Positions 42,875 to 55,362 of a stretch of DNA of 64,000 nucleotides are shown here, piece after piece (the stretch's first letter is position 1; the number at the start of each line of letters is the position of its first letter). The stretch is from Pecten maximus. Its lineage: Eukaryota. Under the pieces are notes generated by a model, which worked only from the letters and a program-made list of their open reading frames with translations, was not told the origin of the DNA and did not search any database. Location: NCBI RefSeq assembly GCF_902652985.1, contig NC_047024.1, positions 36,456,001 through 36,520,000 of the forward strand. The letters run 5' to 3'. A program made the position numbers and the translations under genes.

Positions 42875-43885
42875 TTATGCAGATTTCACAAAACTTTTGA
42901 CGAATCCATTTACATACAGGTATCTTACAAACAGCAGAATGAACACTACAAAACAAGTTTTCTTGAAGAGTTGGATCCAGCCGTCGTAAAGCCCCTCCAT
43001 TTCCCCATCGCCTGACCTTCTCGTTTTCATCGGGAAATAGGTATGCTCTTTCACTGTCTCAATGGCGCGCTTTGCGCCCTTCCATGCGCCGGGACCATTG
43101 AGGCGCCACTGTGTAGGCGTAGCTGGACCGAAGTATATCTTGTACCACAGTTTTGGGTCAGAGAAGAAGTATTTCAATAAATCTGGTTTACATCCGATCA
43201 TTGAAGCCAGTCTGTCCATGTACTGGATTGAGTAAATCTGCAGGCTGTATCTTGGAGAGTCGATGAAGTTACGTGTGATGAAAGCCTTACGTTTCTCCAC
43301 GAGTTCGAGTCGTTGAGAGGCACTGGGTAGCTCACATTTCCCGCTAAATACTCTTGTTATACACCTGGCTTGCATTTCTAATATCGGTGGCAGCGCACCA
43401 AACGGTTGAACCAAGCCAACAACACCAAGTGTGCACGGGTTTAAATTTGTAGGAAACACAAGCTCGTACAAGTATGGAAAATGGCCGTCAACTTTGATTA
43501 TGTCATCGTCTAGAATTGGAAAGTCGAAATTGAACCCAGTTGCCAGGATGACGACATCAATGTTCTTCAGTTCTGTACCATCTTCAAATTTGGCGCCGTC
43601 GGTTGTGAACTCCTTCACGTTACACTTGATGTTGATGGTACCGAGTAAGATCCTGTTGGGAAGGTCGTCACTTATTGTCAGGGCACTTGCGTCAAAGCGT
43701 TTGTTCGGTGAGAGGCCATAGTTGGCATGGTTGTAGCGTCGGTTTAGGCGATGGAAGAACATTGGCCGCATAAGAGTCCATGGTAGTTTCATGGAAAACC
43801 GGTTGAGGGCGAGATGGTCAAAAGGAACGCCGTGGTCAGCTGCTCTCTGGATCACATAGGTCCCGCGCCGACTGGACATGTAAAC
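42875..43885 (-). CDS. FMO: Flavin-containing monooxygenase (dimethylaniline monooxygenase family), coding exon 2
   Basis: Acceptor cag| before 43885; VYMSSRRG, VILATGF (FATGY-type motif), EMQAR, FGPATPTQWRLNGPG; hydrophobic C-terminal membrane anchor; TAA stop. Confidence 0.95.
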   Translation of the reverse strand, partial: VYMSSRRGTYVIQRAADHGVPFDHLALNRFSMKLPWTLMRPMFFHRLNRRYNHANYGLSPNKRFDASALTISDDLPNRILLGTINIKCNVKEFTTDGAKFEDGTELKNIDVVILATGFNFDFPILDDDIIKVDGHFPYLYELVFPTNLNPCTLGVVGLVQPFGALPPILEMQARCITRVFSGKCELPSASQRLELVEKRKAFITRNFIDSPRYSLQIYSIQYMDRLASMIGCKPDLLKYFFSDPKLWYKIYFGPATPTQWRLNGPGAWKGAKRAIETVKEHTYFPMKTRRSGDGEMEGLYDGWIQLFKKTCFVVFILLFVRYLYVNGFVKSFVKSA

Positions 43886-44088
43886 CTGCATAGAAAGTCA
43901 ACAGCAGAAAATTAATGGAACACTGACAAGTCGATGAAAGTAACCATGGAGACACGAGAATCATAATCATACGCGTGATGATTTTATAGAAAATACTATT
44001 TCTGATTATAACTGATAAACTGAATTTGTAGTACTCCCTTTATTTATTTCTGCATTAATTATCACAAAGGGAACCAGTTCCTAAGTAT

Positions 44089-44923
44089 CAGTCTAAGGCC
44101 GGTAAAACCATATACAGAGCCAGTGTAAGGCCGGGATAACCATATACAGAGCCAGTCTGAGGCCGGGATAACCATATACAGGGCCAGTCTGAGGCCGGGA
44201 TAACCATATACAGAGCCAGTCTGAGACCGGGATAACCATATACAGGGCCAGTCTGAGACCGGGATAACCATATACAGAGCCAGTCTGAGACCGGTAAAAC
44301 CATATACAGAGCCAGTCTGAGACCGGGATAACCATATACAGGGCCAGTCTGAGACCGGTAAAACCATATACAGAGCCAGTCTGAGGCCGGGATAACCATA
44401 TACAGAGCCAGTCTGAGACCGGTATAACCATATACAGGGCCAGTCTGAGGCCGGGATAACCATATACAGAGCCAGTCTGAGACCGTTAAAACCATATACA
44501 GGGCCAGTCTGAGGCCGGGATAACCATATACAGAGCCAGTCTGAGACCGTTAAAACCATATACAGGGCCAGTCTGAGACCGGTAAAACCATATACAGAGC
44601 CAGTCTGAGGCCGGGATAACCATATACAGGGCCAGTCTGAGGCCGGGATAACCATATAAAGGGCCAGTCTGGGGCCGGGATAACCATATACAGGGCCAGT
44701 CTGAGGCCGGGATAACCATATACAGAGCCAGTCTGAGACCGGTAAAACCATATACAGAGCCAGTCTGAGACCGGTAAAACCATATACAGAGCCAGTCTGA
44801 GGCCTGTAAAACCATATACAGAGCCAGTCTGAGGCCGGTAAAACCATATACAGAGCCAGTCTGAGACCGGTAAAACCATATACAGAGCCAGTCTGAGGCC
44901 GGGATAACCATATACAGGGCCAG
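44089..44923. repeat. 32-bp minisatellite, ~26 copies, filling most of the FMO intron
   Basis: ccatatacag at 44108, 44140 and 44172; unit ccagtctgaggccgggataaccatatacagag. Confidence 0.97.
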
Positions 44924-44929
44924 ACTTAC

Positions 44930-45556
44930 GTGTTCGGCATGACGACTCAGTTCGCAGGCAACGTCCGATCCCGAATTACCAATCCCCACCACCAGGATTC
45001 TCTTCCCTTCGAACCCCCGGAAGTCCTTGTAGTCGTGGGTGTGCATGACCTTGCCCTTGAACTTGTCCAGTCCGGCCATTGTTGGCATGTGTGGTATATG
45101 AAGGTGTCCATTACACACAATAACATAATTCGTCCTCAATTTTCGCGACTTTCCCGATTCTAAATTCTTGACTACCGTTACCCAGCTTCCAGTCTTGTCG
45201 AAGTCGTCAGCTTTCTTAACGTTATCTACACTATGGCTGAAGTTGATATGCTTTCTCAAATTGAAGTTGTCTGCGTAAAGTTGGAGGTATTTTTTGAAGT
45301 GTTTGTGCCCCATAAAGTTTGGGAACTCCTTTGGGATTGGAAAGTCACTGTAACACGTCATCTCCTTACTGGTGTTGATACTACAGGAGTTGTATAGGCT
45401 TGGGTCGCCATCTTTTGACCACTTATGATAATTCCACAGTCCACCGACGTCCGTATCCTTCTCGAAGCATATTGGTTCCATTCCTTCGTCCAGACAGTGC
45501 TTGACCGCCGCCAATCCGGAAACTCCGGCCCCTACCACCAGCACAGTCTTAGTCAT
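44930..45556 (-). CDS. FMO: Flavin-containing monooxygenase, coding exon 1 (209 codons; full protein 545 aa)
   Basis: FAD motif GAGVSG, GGLWNY, FMO signature FKGKVMHTHDYK, NADPH motif GIGNSG; donor CAC|GTAAGT at 44929; acceptor ttctccctag| immediately before the ATG implies an upstream non-coding exon. Confidence 0.95.
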
Positions 45557-47785
45557 CTAGGGAGAACAAACCACGTGTGTTAAGTAATCTGGAAGGTTTA
45601 CCTAATGTTTAAGTTATGTCAAGCATAGCCAAGCTTACAGACACTCACATTTTATATGAGATTTAGGAAACGAGCCTACGATCTTTTTGTCATCTCCTAG
45701 CAACCATCTTACGAACTAAAAATTAAAAAAATTAACGATGACTTTCCTCAATCCCTCGTGAAATGGAAACGACGGAAACAAATATAAGATTCTGTTGATG
45801 ATGTAGCGATTTGTTGCTAAATTAAAATGTTTGTCCACAGAGCTGCGTCTTTATATCAACTTTAAACGCCAGATCTATATCATAATATTTATACTGGTTC
45901 ATATTGATGTAAGTTTCATGTAAGATAATATATTTCATTACCGTCAGCGTGTTTGGTTAAAATAAACAACCACTTTTGAAACACCGCTAAAGTGCTCGAG
46001 GTTATGATCATAACTCGCAATGGTCAAACAGCCAATAACATTTACGGTTTAATGAATGTCATTTCTACTTATATATAGTATATATATAATATTATTGAAG
46101 ACCTTACACAACTCAGAGAAGAACTTTGCTTGTAAAAGTAAATTAGTGACACTTAGATTCGCATTGTTTGGTTGCAGTAAGAAAATAATTATTTTCAATT
46201 TGCCATTTATATAGTGTGATTTGTTTCGGATATTCTTCAGAAACCAAGCGAGTAAAAGGATAAAATCAATGGAACACCTCTTTTATAATCTCCAAATGAA
46301 TAAAACACAATGATAGCATCCCGAAATCTACACAAGGCTGAACATTGACAATGGAGTCCAAATATTTTTCGAAAAAAAAACTATGTTATGCTTCCAAATG
46401 AATAGAAAATTAAAAGCATACCTTGAAAGCCCTTTAAGACGGCCAGGATCCAGATGATTACATACAGTATATACCTGTGGCTGTAACACCTGGTCACACC
46501 TGTATAGAGCTTTATCTGTTCACCTATATACACGGGATAAAGGTGATAGCATGGTTATGTAATAGTTTTGTGACTTACAATAAATTGGAGGATAGTGTGT
46601 TAATATACCGTCTAAATACCAATACAAAGTTCACGACCTAGACAAAAGGCCGTACTGTAAATACTATTGATGCTGTAGACTGACTATGTTCCTGTTAAGT
46701 TATAGACAGATATAACCGGCATACTCCCCAACAACCTGGTACGAAAAGGAATAGAAAGCAGAACTTTGGTCGACGTCCCCACGGGTGTGTCGTTGAAGGC
46801 TGGGAAGAGGCTGTTGCATTGAGCCTGGCGGGAGTTGTCACGTTGGCGCCACCACAACTGCGATAACGCGTTATGGCCGAAATCAGCCACCATAGGTTCA
46901 GTACGCAGTGTTGTGATAATTGTTGTCCACTGATATAGATATCAATGTCCAATCCATGTGTTTCGTAAGTGTCCGGATATAAAACAAGGGGTCAAGGTGG
47001 TGACTTTAGTTGGTCAATTGTTTTGAAGATGAGAAAGTAGGTTAATTAAGCATCCACAAACGTACAGCTTTACACTTACAGACAAGTCTTTATAGTCTTT
47101 AATAACATATTCATACTCACGGGACTATTCCTTATCATTGGTGTTACAGTTTACGTTCCGGATGATTTGTATGTGCATTGTGTTAAGTAACTAATATTGA
47201 GTACGGTCAGTGCATGTCTTTTACATTGATTTCAATACGTTTCCCCAGTATTACATAGTAATTAATATTACTTTATCACGTTGCGAAATCGAAAGATATG
47301 GTCGGTGTTGAGGTTTCACAATTCACAGAGCAAAACTGTCAAGATTGAAATTTCGATCAAACAGAAAAAACAGAGCCCAAGATATGATTTGTATCTTGTT
47401 AATATATCATCGAATTGGGACAACTTCTCAACACTGTTTACTTAAGAACTTAGCAAACGTGGTCTGATGGTTAAAACAACGAATGAAGGTCGTTCATGGA
47501 TATTCATATCTAACCAATATCAGTAAAACCCTTGACCTCATCTTGTTTCATTTGGAAGCAAAAGCATTGACGGTTTATACCGTCCTATAATAACATACAG
47601 GGCAGCTAACACTATCTTACCAGACCAGAAGTTTGTTTTAATCCCAATAATCATGATATATAGATCTCAGTTAGATGTCTACCTGGCTGGAAAATAAAAG
47701 CTCTTTTGTACAACACAGTAAAATCAATAGAGGGCATCACCAGAGTGTATTTATTAGGGTATTCGTAGTTAAAAGAAACATTTGT

Positions 47786-48988
47786 TCAAATATCGCGTTG
47801 AATGATATAATATTGAAATATCCCGGTTCTGTCGGTGGAGACACCTACCGACTGAATTAAACTAAAGTTCGACAACCTCCTGAAATTGGACGAGGATAGC
47901 AGAACAGGCGTATGACCAAAAACGATTATGAATCCTTTCTCTCGGACTGTAGGCAGTATCGCGGTCAAAAGAACCTCCGCGTCAGCGGAAGTGACGACTT
48001 CTGAGTTCAGAAAGCGGATGAAGCAAGCATCAGCAGTTCCGGTAAGTATTTTAGGAAACAAGGCGTTTTCACAGTACACTTCATCGACCCGTTCTCTGGA
48101 AAAGTCGGCCATTTGTTGACTTAAATCCTGGCCTATTGTGTAACTTTCCGGAAATGCTTCCTTCAGTGTGGACAAAAACACCCCTGTGGAACAAGCTGGA
48201 TCATAGAACCTTCCAGCTGACATGTCTATAGTTTCCAGGAATTGAATAGTGTATTGTCGGAGACGCTCTTCTCCACAACTTAACATGGTATCGTACACGT
48301 TATCAACTGCCCACCCTTCCGCGGGGGAACAAAGCTCCTTCCTGTCGGGTTCTCTAAGGAGCGGGAATGGACAACGTATTTCTACGCTGGAAGAATCTCC
48401 TGCCATGATATCAGAAAAAAGCTTGAGTTTCTCGGAGTTCGTTAACGGGAAATAGGTGATTTGTACTTCATTCTCTGTGACGCGTTCATCACAAAACAGA
48501 CCTAGGACCATATCGGCAGTCACCAAGCTGCAATGGAGTTCAGGTATTTTCCCGGCGATCCAGTAATCGGACAGAATCTTCCTTCCAACTAATCTCCGAA
48601 TGCCAGATAGTCCACCGTATATTCCAACGTCAAGGAAAAATATACTTTGAGGAAAATCACAAAACTTTTCATTAATACGCCTCGTGTCTCTTTCCACGAC
48701 ATTTCCCCACAGAATAATCTTGACTGTAGTTGTACCCGGGGAGATCTTGTTGTCTTCGTACCTTTTGAGTTCGTTTAGGATGAGAGTCAGACATTTCCTG
48801 TCGAATGGTTGGGAGGAAGCCTTACTCAACGTTTCCTGTAGAATGGTCTTCCCGGAATCCCATTCCCCAGACGACAGGAGCTTCCTCGCCATGAGAAAGT
48901 CCTTCCTAATTTCCGGGTCGTGAACATCTTTGAATATACCATCGTAGCTTGTGATGGCGTCCGTTCGGAGATTTGAGTCGTCTGCCAT
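47786..48988 (-). CDS. Class I SAM-dependent transferase, Nat/isonocardicin-synthase-like (putative 3-amino-3-carboxypropyl transferase), intronless CDS, 400 aa
   Basis: SAM motif I YDPACSTG, GQDLSQQM, RFLNSEV, VFGHTPVLL, FQYY; AATAAA (47755-47750) ~30 nt after the stop. The SAM fold is well supported; the Nat assignment comes from recalled motifs, not a search. Confidence 0.8.
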   Translation of the reverse strand: MADDSNLRTDAITSYDGIFKDVHDPEIRKDFLMARKLLSSGEWDSGKTILQETLSKASSQPFDRKCLTLILNELKRYEDNKISPGTTTVKIILWGNVVERDTRRINEKFCDFPQSIFFLDVGIYGGLSGIRRLVGRKILSDYWIAGKIPELHCSLVTADMVLGLFCDERVTENEVQITYFPLTNSEKLKLFSDIMAGDSSSVEIRCPFPLLREPDRKELCSPAEGWAVDNVYDTMLSCGEERLRQYTIQFLETIDMSAGRFYDPACSTGVFLSTLKEAFPESYTIGQDLSQQMADFSRERVDEVYCENALFPKILTGTADACFIRFLNSEVVTSADAEVLLTAILPTVREKGFIIVFGHTPVLLSSSNFRRLSNFSLIQSVGVSTDRTGIFQYYIIQRDI

Positions 48989-49361
48989 GTTGAATGTTAG
49001 TTAAATTATGTGTCAGTATTGTAGGTACTCTGAGCACAATAAGAGTGTGTGGTGCTGCTATCTGTTGACCACCAGGAACATTCCCACACATTACCGTCTA
49101 TAGACACGCCTTACGTAGCCGTTATCACAGTCTGTGGTATAAATGTACTAAATGTGTTTAAAAAATAAATAAACGGGATATTTTGACACTCATCTGGATA
49201 TTTTTGTCACATCTGTCTAATTATAGATTACTATATAATATCGATAAGATCTCAGCTGTTTTGAATCCACTAGATTCTAACATTTTATGGACCCTACCAT
49301 ATGAGCTTATGGACACGAGTGTGATTTTTATTCGTGACATATACGGTATATAAGAGTTTAA

Positions 49362-49478
49362 AACAGCCTCGCAGTAACCTCAGATAATCTATAGTCTATT
49401 TGGTGTATGGTTATGTCAATAACAGCCTCGCAGTAACCTCAGATAATCTATAGTCTATTTGGTGTATGGTTATGTCAA
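49362..49478. repeat. Direct tandem duplication, 2 x 59 bp
   Basis: aacagcctcgcagtaacctcagataatc... at 49362 and 49421. Confidence 0.9.
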
Positions 49479-49748
49479 AAGAGGGCGTGTGCTTTTATAA
49501 ACTGTGCCAAAGTGTTATGTAAAACAGATGGTTTCTACTACACAGAATCTTATGACTATTAGATATTCTCATGACAGATTAACTTCCACCAAAATGTTTT
49601 TTACATTAATAGCTATATCGCAACCTTCAAACAAAATGGTGAGTGATTTTGTTTATGATATGTATATTGATGTTGTCATCGTCCGAAAAAAAAACCATTT
49701 TACCTCTGACGGTCATTGAAGTTATCCAATCACCGAGTGCTGCGTAAA

Positions 49749-51140
49749 AAAACACGTGTACGATATTCCTCTCATTAGTCCGGACATACAAAACCACATG
49801 TACGACTCCTCTAATTAGTCCGGACTTACAAAACCACATGTACGATTCCTCTCATTAGTCCGGACTTACAAAACCACATGTACGATTCCTCTCATTAGTC
49901 CGGACTTACAAAACCACACGTACGATTCCTCGAATTAGTCCGGACATACAAAACCACATGTACGTTTCTTCTCATTAGTCTGGACTTACAAAATCACATG
50001 CATGATTCTTCTAATTAGTCCGGACTTACAAATCAACATGTACGTTTCTTCTCATTAGTCTGGACTTACAAAACCACACGTACGATTCCTGTAGTCAGTC
50101 CGGACTTACAAAACCACATGCACGATTCCTCTCATTAGTCCGGACTTACAAAACCACACGTACGATTCCTCGAATTAGTCCGGACATACAAAACCACATG
50201 TACGTTTCTTCTCATTAGTCTGGACTTACAAAATCACATGTATGATTCTTCTAATTAGTCCGGACTTACAAATCAACATGTACGTTTCTTCTCATTAGTC
50301 TGGACTTACAAAACCACACGTACGATTCCTGTAGTCAGTCCGGACTTACAAAACCACATGCACGATTCCTCTCATTAGTCCGGACTTACAAAACCACATG
50401 TACGATTCCTCTCATTAGTCCGGACTTACAAAACCACACGTACGATTCCTCGAATTAGTCCGGACATACAAAACCACATGTACGTTTCTTCTCATTAGTC
50501 TGGACTTACAAAATCACATGTATGATTCTTCTAATTAGTCCGGACTTACAAATCAACATGTACGTTTCTTCTCATTAGTCTGGACTTACAAAACCACACG
50601 TACGATTCCTGTAGTCAGTCCGGACTTACAAAACCACATGCACGATTCCTCTCATTAGTCCGGACTTACAAAACCACATGTACGATTCCTCTCATTAGTC
50701 CGGACTTACAAAACCACATGTACAATTCCTCTCATTAGTCCGGACTTACAAAACCACATGTACGATTCCTCTCATTAGTCTGGACTTACAAAATCAAACG
50801 TACGATTGCTCTCATTAGTCCGGACTTACAAGACCACATGTACGATTCCTCTCATTAGTCCGGACTTACAAAACCACCTGTACGATTCCTCTCATTAGTC
50901 CGGACTTACAAAACCACATGTACGATTCCTCTCATTAGTCCGGACTTACAAAACCACATGTACGATTCCTGTAGTCAGTCCGGACTTACAAAACCACATG
51001 TACGATTCCTCTCATTAGTCCGGGTATACAAAATCAAACGTACGATTCCTCTCATCAGTCCGGACTTACAAAACCACATGCACGATTCCTCTCATTAGTC
51101 CGGACTTACAAAAACACATGTACGATTCCTCTCTAGTTCG
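49749..51140. repeat. 40-bp minisatellite, ~35 copies, with higher-order structure
   Basis: Unit tacgattcctctcattagtccggacttacaaaaccacatg. Confidence 0.97.
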
Positions 51141-51844
51141 TACACACAAAACGTCGTGTATCATTCCTTTTGCCAGTTTGAAAGTACAAACCACATGTAC
51201 GATATTGCTCTTGTCAGTCCAAACGTCCTTTGAATTATACAGCGATACTCATCATTGCTGTGCTCATAAAGTGATGTCCCCCTTTTATCACTGGTTGTAG
51301 TCCATCTGAACAGGTTTTATTGAAAAGCATTGTAGAGTACATTGTGTCTGTATTATGATAAGGTGGCCTGCATCTGTTACATCTATTGGAGTATCGATAT
51401 GATAATAAACCAGTTTTTGGTAAGTTACAGCTGTAGATTCCGTTAAAATGTTATATTACTTTGTACGCCAATCATTGATTAAAATATCTCGTGATAGGTT
51501 TTTTGATATACATGTACATGTATAGGTTGTATAGGTCATTTTAGAAAACACCAAACAGAATCCATTACCTGTGTTTAAGTATGGCCAATTCATTTACCCA
51601 GAGCAGTATGATGGCATGACTTCAGGAAGTGCTCGTCAGCAACGGTAACCGCTTAGAGGGACGTTTAGTGGAAACGACATAGAGGTTTGATCAGAGGTCC
51701 TGATGTATTTTGAAAATATATTAGAGTTCAATTCGTGGATTGAAGAATGATCTACATGTATGTGGGTATTACTGAGTACTTTGTGGAACTAGGCTGAGTG
51801 TGGACGCCATCTTGTGTTTGAAGGATTAAAAAATGGAGGTTTGA

Positions 51845-54800
51845 TTTTTTTTTTATTTAAACATATTTCATTTGTATCAATATATACAAGAGGATTGGGC
51901 ACAAGTTTTCAAACTTATATGAAGCCCTTTCCTAATTATCATGATTTTTTACAATTTTTATACAAGATGACATGACATTTGAAATATTAACAATTATATT
52001 TGGGGAGAAAGAGAGAGAGAGAGGGAGAGACTGAGAGAGAGAGAGAGAAACAGAGAGACAGAGAGACAGAGAGAGAGGTATTACGATTCGAATTTATTCA
52101 AATATTCAATTGATAAATTTAGTTTAATTATTTACTAAGCAAACAAACAAATCCGATTTCGATAGCAGAAGATTAAACTGTTCGCTGCACAAAAACACAC
52201 TGCTATTTCTAATGTTCGTTATATCCTGTTCCATGGTAAGCTTTCTCCGTTCGATCCATTGCCTTCTGGAAAAAATATTCGTTTCTCTTGCGCTATCGGA
52301 ATCGGAAGAGACTTTATAAATACATTTTTTTTAACTGTCAATATATATATGTATGTATAATATTTCACAATACTGATTAAGAAAAGAGAAAACGGGGAAT
52401 TAAAATCTTCTTGAGTCAAGAATGTATTTCTGAGTGATTTGGCTTATCATAAAATTATCTTCAATGGATAAATCATTGTTTCCATATAATAATAGTTGCA
52501 GGTCTAGTGGCATGAAATTGTTTAGATTTCGGAACAATTCGATTCTCTGTTCAAAGTAATTTTGACAAATAAAGAAGTAGTGGTATGCATCCTCAATAGG
52601 ATGTCCACACTGACAATGGCGATAATCAATAAGATGTGATTGGAAAAGGTCATTTTTTAGAATACTACATTTGTTTCTTAATCGCGCATGCAATATATTA
52701 GATTTTCTATTTCCAACTGAGTAATGGGTAGGTACTTGTGTTCTATTTGAGATCGATTTTTTAAATACTGAATATGAAATACTATGTCTAATCTCTAGAT
52801 CTGAAGTCTGAAATTCGGTAGAGAGTAATTATTTGCATCACGTAGGTTATAATGTGAGTTTTCAGATACCAAGGGAGGTAATAAAGTGGATAAGTAATTA
52901 GGAGTGAGTTGGTTAGTAATTTTATAGAATAGTTGTAGTTTTCTTCTAGAACGACGATTTACAAGAGGTTCTAATCCACTTTCAGAGTATAATGAGAGCC
53001 TGCTAGCAAAGGAAGGTGATCCGGTAATTATTCTTGCAATTTCTAAATTTAATTTTTCCAAATTATCTGCATCACTGAGAGAATATCCATCCCAAACCTC
53101 GCAACAATATTCAAATAAAGGCAGAATATATGACTTGTAAATTTTATACAGAGTTTGTCTATTTAAGATATATTTGAGCTTTCTGAGAATACTTACTTGT
53201 TTAGATACATTTTTGCATATGCTTTCAATGTGTCGAGACCATTTACAGTTTACATCTAATGTTACGCCTAGGTGTTTGTGGTGATCAACAAATTCTACAT
53301 CTATATTATTAAATCTAATGTCTATAACATGTTCATGTTCATTTTTTGAAATTAGTAAGGCTTCCGTTTTCAGAGGGTTAAATTTCACCAACCAGGTTTC
53401 TGCCCAATTTTGAATTTTTGCTAAGTCATTATTTATTTTAATTTCAATTTCAAATGGTGATCGACCAGAACATAATAAAGAGGTATCATCAGCAAATAAT
53501 TTTGAAAGACTATCGAGATTATCAGATATGTCGTTTATGTAAAGAATAAAAAGTAGTGGGCCCAATACAGATCCTTGTGGCACGCCAGCATTAGTAGTCC
53601 TAACGGAAGATTTACTGTTTCCTACAAAAAACATGCTGTTTCCTGTTACTTACATAATTTTTTAACCAAATTAGAAGTTTCCCATTAATTCCATAATTCG
53701 CTAACTTTACATACAGTCGCTTATGCCACACACGATCGAACGCTTTGGAGATATCACAAAATACTAGACAGGTTGGTTGATTTTTTTCCAAATTTTCACA
53801 TAAGGTATTGTAAATTTCTATCATTTGATGGACGGTAGAATGACCAGATTGGAAACGAGATTGGTATTTATAAATAAGTGAGTTTTCAAGCAAATAGTTA
53901 TTCAAATATTTAACTACTAAACGTTCAAAAACTTTACCGATAGTGCTTAGTAATGAAATAGGCCTATAATTAGAAGAAACGTGTTTATCCCCTTTTTTTG
54001 AATAATGGCATAACTATTGCTAATTTCCAGTGTTCCGGGAAAATACCAGTATCAAGAGAGTATCTAAATATTAATGATAATGGGTAGGCTATAGAAAATG
54101 CTGTATTTTTTAACATATTGTGGCTAATTCCGTCGTGACCTACAGCTTTGTAAAGAGATAAAGATTTAAGTATGTCGGCAATGTCGCTGAGTTGAAAATG
54201 TATGTCTGATATCGTAGCGTCAGTCCTTAGTTCGACCTCTGGCTCGTCAATGTCTGTATCGTCAATGGTAGAAATGGAAACAAAGTAATCATTAAGTATA
54301 TTGGCTTTATCGACGTCTGTCATTACAAGATTTCCGTTTGTATGTACAAGCGGTGGTATAATATTAGCAGTGTCAGAAGTTTTTATTAATCTCCGAACAA
54401 TTTTCCAAAAATTACGTGGATTTGAAGAAGAATAACGATCTAGAATACCATTTATATCCGCATAGAAAAGTTCTTAGTATGTTTTTTAAGATTGTTGACA
54501 TGGTTACGTTGTTTCCGAAAATTCGTCAAATTTTTTACAGAGCGATTTGATTTAAAAACTTTTAAAAGTCTGTCTCTTTTCCTAATTTCTCGGCGAAGGT
54601 CAGAATTAAACCAGGACTTGTCGTTAGGTCTAATTATAACAGTTTTAGTAGGTATGCACTCACTGGCTATGTCCAAATATTTATCAGTAAATTTTTTACA
54701 CATTTCGTCTGGGGAGTGCGTCATAGAGAACAAGTCAACCCAGTCCGTATCGTCTAGTTTGTTATTAAACAGTTCATAATTTGCTTCATTATAACATCTT

Positions 54801-55362
54801 ATAATTCGTTTATACGTCCTTGTAATATTAGTCCCTACTGTTAGTTCTATTGTCGTCGCTTTATGGTCAGACAGGTCATCGTCAATGTCGATTACTTCAG
54901 AAAAGTTATACGTGCACGTGTCCGAGATTAAGATGGGGTCTAGTAGGGTGGAACTCGTGCGCGTCGTGCGCGTAGGTTTGTCGATCGTGTTTGTCATGTT
55001 AAAAGAGTGGATGATATCGTAAACAGCGTGTGTGTTTTCTACAGTTAACATATCAACATTTATATCTACAACTAATATAATATGAGGAGTTTCCTGAATA
55101 GCAGTGTCAACAGAGTTACGTAAATGGTTCCAAAATGCATGTGCGATATTTGGAGGCCTATACAGAGTACACAGAAGATATTTTTTTGATGGAAATTGAA
55201 TCTCTGTCCAAATTACCTCGCCCACTTGAAATTCTAAGTCATCTCTACGCCGGGTGCACAAAATACTGGATGTACATGTATACACGACTATCCCCCCTCC
55301 CGGAGTTCCCCGGTCCTTACGGTATAATTTATAACCACCCAGGAGTATATCAGCGTCATTAA
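51845..55362 (-). mobile_element. CR1-group non-LTR retrotransposon (LINE), decayed; 3' part with most of the APE endonuclease, RT, C-terminal Cys/His motif, 3' UTR and A-tail
   Basis: Frameshifted ORFs: YRKDR..GGG..YRPP..DINVD..SDH (APE); DISKAFDRVWH, GVPQGSVLGPLLF, LFADD (RT); CQCG...HYFFIC; poly(A) at 51845-51854; (GA)n at ~52005-52077 in the UTR. Confidence 0.95.

Noticed and set aside
44062-44929. Overlapping repetitive ORFs and the repeat-derived tail of the 356-aa ORF
   Set aside because: Intronic 32-bp minisatellite; the real FMO exon ends at the GTAAGT donor at 44929
46684-46952. GC-richer patch with two short - strand ORFs between the transferase and FMO
   Set aside because: No recognisable motif or convincing exon boundaries; could be regulatory or a repeat remnant
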